Of a stretch of DNA of 20,000 nt, positions 19,660-20,000 are shown in pieces. Each line of letters starts with the position of its first letter. Position 1 is the stretch's first letter. Where the stretch lies: the NCBI GenBank assembly GCA_036172245.1, contig JAYWIR010000030.1:2720706-2740705 (forward strand), in the 5' to 3' direction. The notes below the pieces were generated by a model. The model saw only the letters and a list, made by a program, of their open reading frames with translations. It searched no databases and was not told the DNA's origin. A program made the translations under genes and the position numbers. The stretch comes from Raillietiella orientalis. Taxonomy: Eukaryota.

Positions 19660-20000
19660 GTTTAGAGGTGACGATGAAGAACCTGCTGTGACAATTTGGC
19701 TAGCAGGGTTTGTCCTAGACCACCCCTCAGCCACGGTATATTTGGGCTAGGTAGAGCTAACAACCAACGTTGCTCCTTCTCGGGTAGATTTTCAACCGTG
19801 GTCAAAAAATCCCTAAAGGAGAGATCGTTTCTCACTTTTCTAGTCAAGAGTTCCGCTGAGCCCAGTAACTCAATGGAAGTCTTGGGAGCACCACCTTCAA
19901 CCACGAAGAGTTTCCAGTGTAGCCCTCTTTAGGCTGTGTCAGGAAAACAGGTAGTTATAGCTGATTCGGTCTCACAAGCTGGAGACACCTTTAGCTTTCA

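Larger units (their letters stand above)
15114..20000 (-). mobile_element. L1/Tx1-type non-LTR retrotransposon, copy 2, head-to-tail with copy 1
   Basis: 3' end AATAAAA (15114-15120) is joined directly to the 5' end of copy 1 (TGAAAGCT...). The window ends exactly at the equivalent 5' base; period 4887 bp. Confidence 0.92.

Noticed and set aside
19662..19904. 80 aa upstream ORF ending 2 nt before the ORF1 ATG
   Set aside because: No ATG start and no recognisable motif; identity between copies gives no evidence of selection.

Overview
Eukaryotic (metazoan, U2 sequence arthropod-like) repeat region with no recognisable host protein gene. Left half: a rearranged U2 snRNA gene cluster with GC-rich spacers. 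One U2 copy (minus strand) carries a decayed, 5'-truncated RLE-type non-LTR retrotransposon of the U2-targeting Utopia/NeSL type at the known site next to the branch-point-recognition sequence. A second, oppositely oriented U2 copy carries a ~120 bp A-tailed insert at the same site and is then broken by an inverted fragment of a second, divergent Utopia-like family. Right half: two head-to-tail copies (period 4887 bp) of an L1/Tx1-type element (gag-like ORF1, APE-RT ORF2). Both copies share the same two frame breaks, giving four ORFs chained by ATGA overlaps. The right copy has an intact 959-codon RT ORF but a broken endonuclease. The differences between copies concentrate in ORF1 and are almost all amino-acid-changing. 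The array's 3' end abuts an unidentified, strongly base-paired ~270 nt sequence that looks like a structured RNA on the minus strand. All alignments and counts were made by eye.
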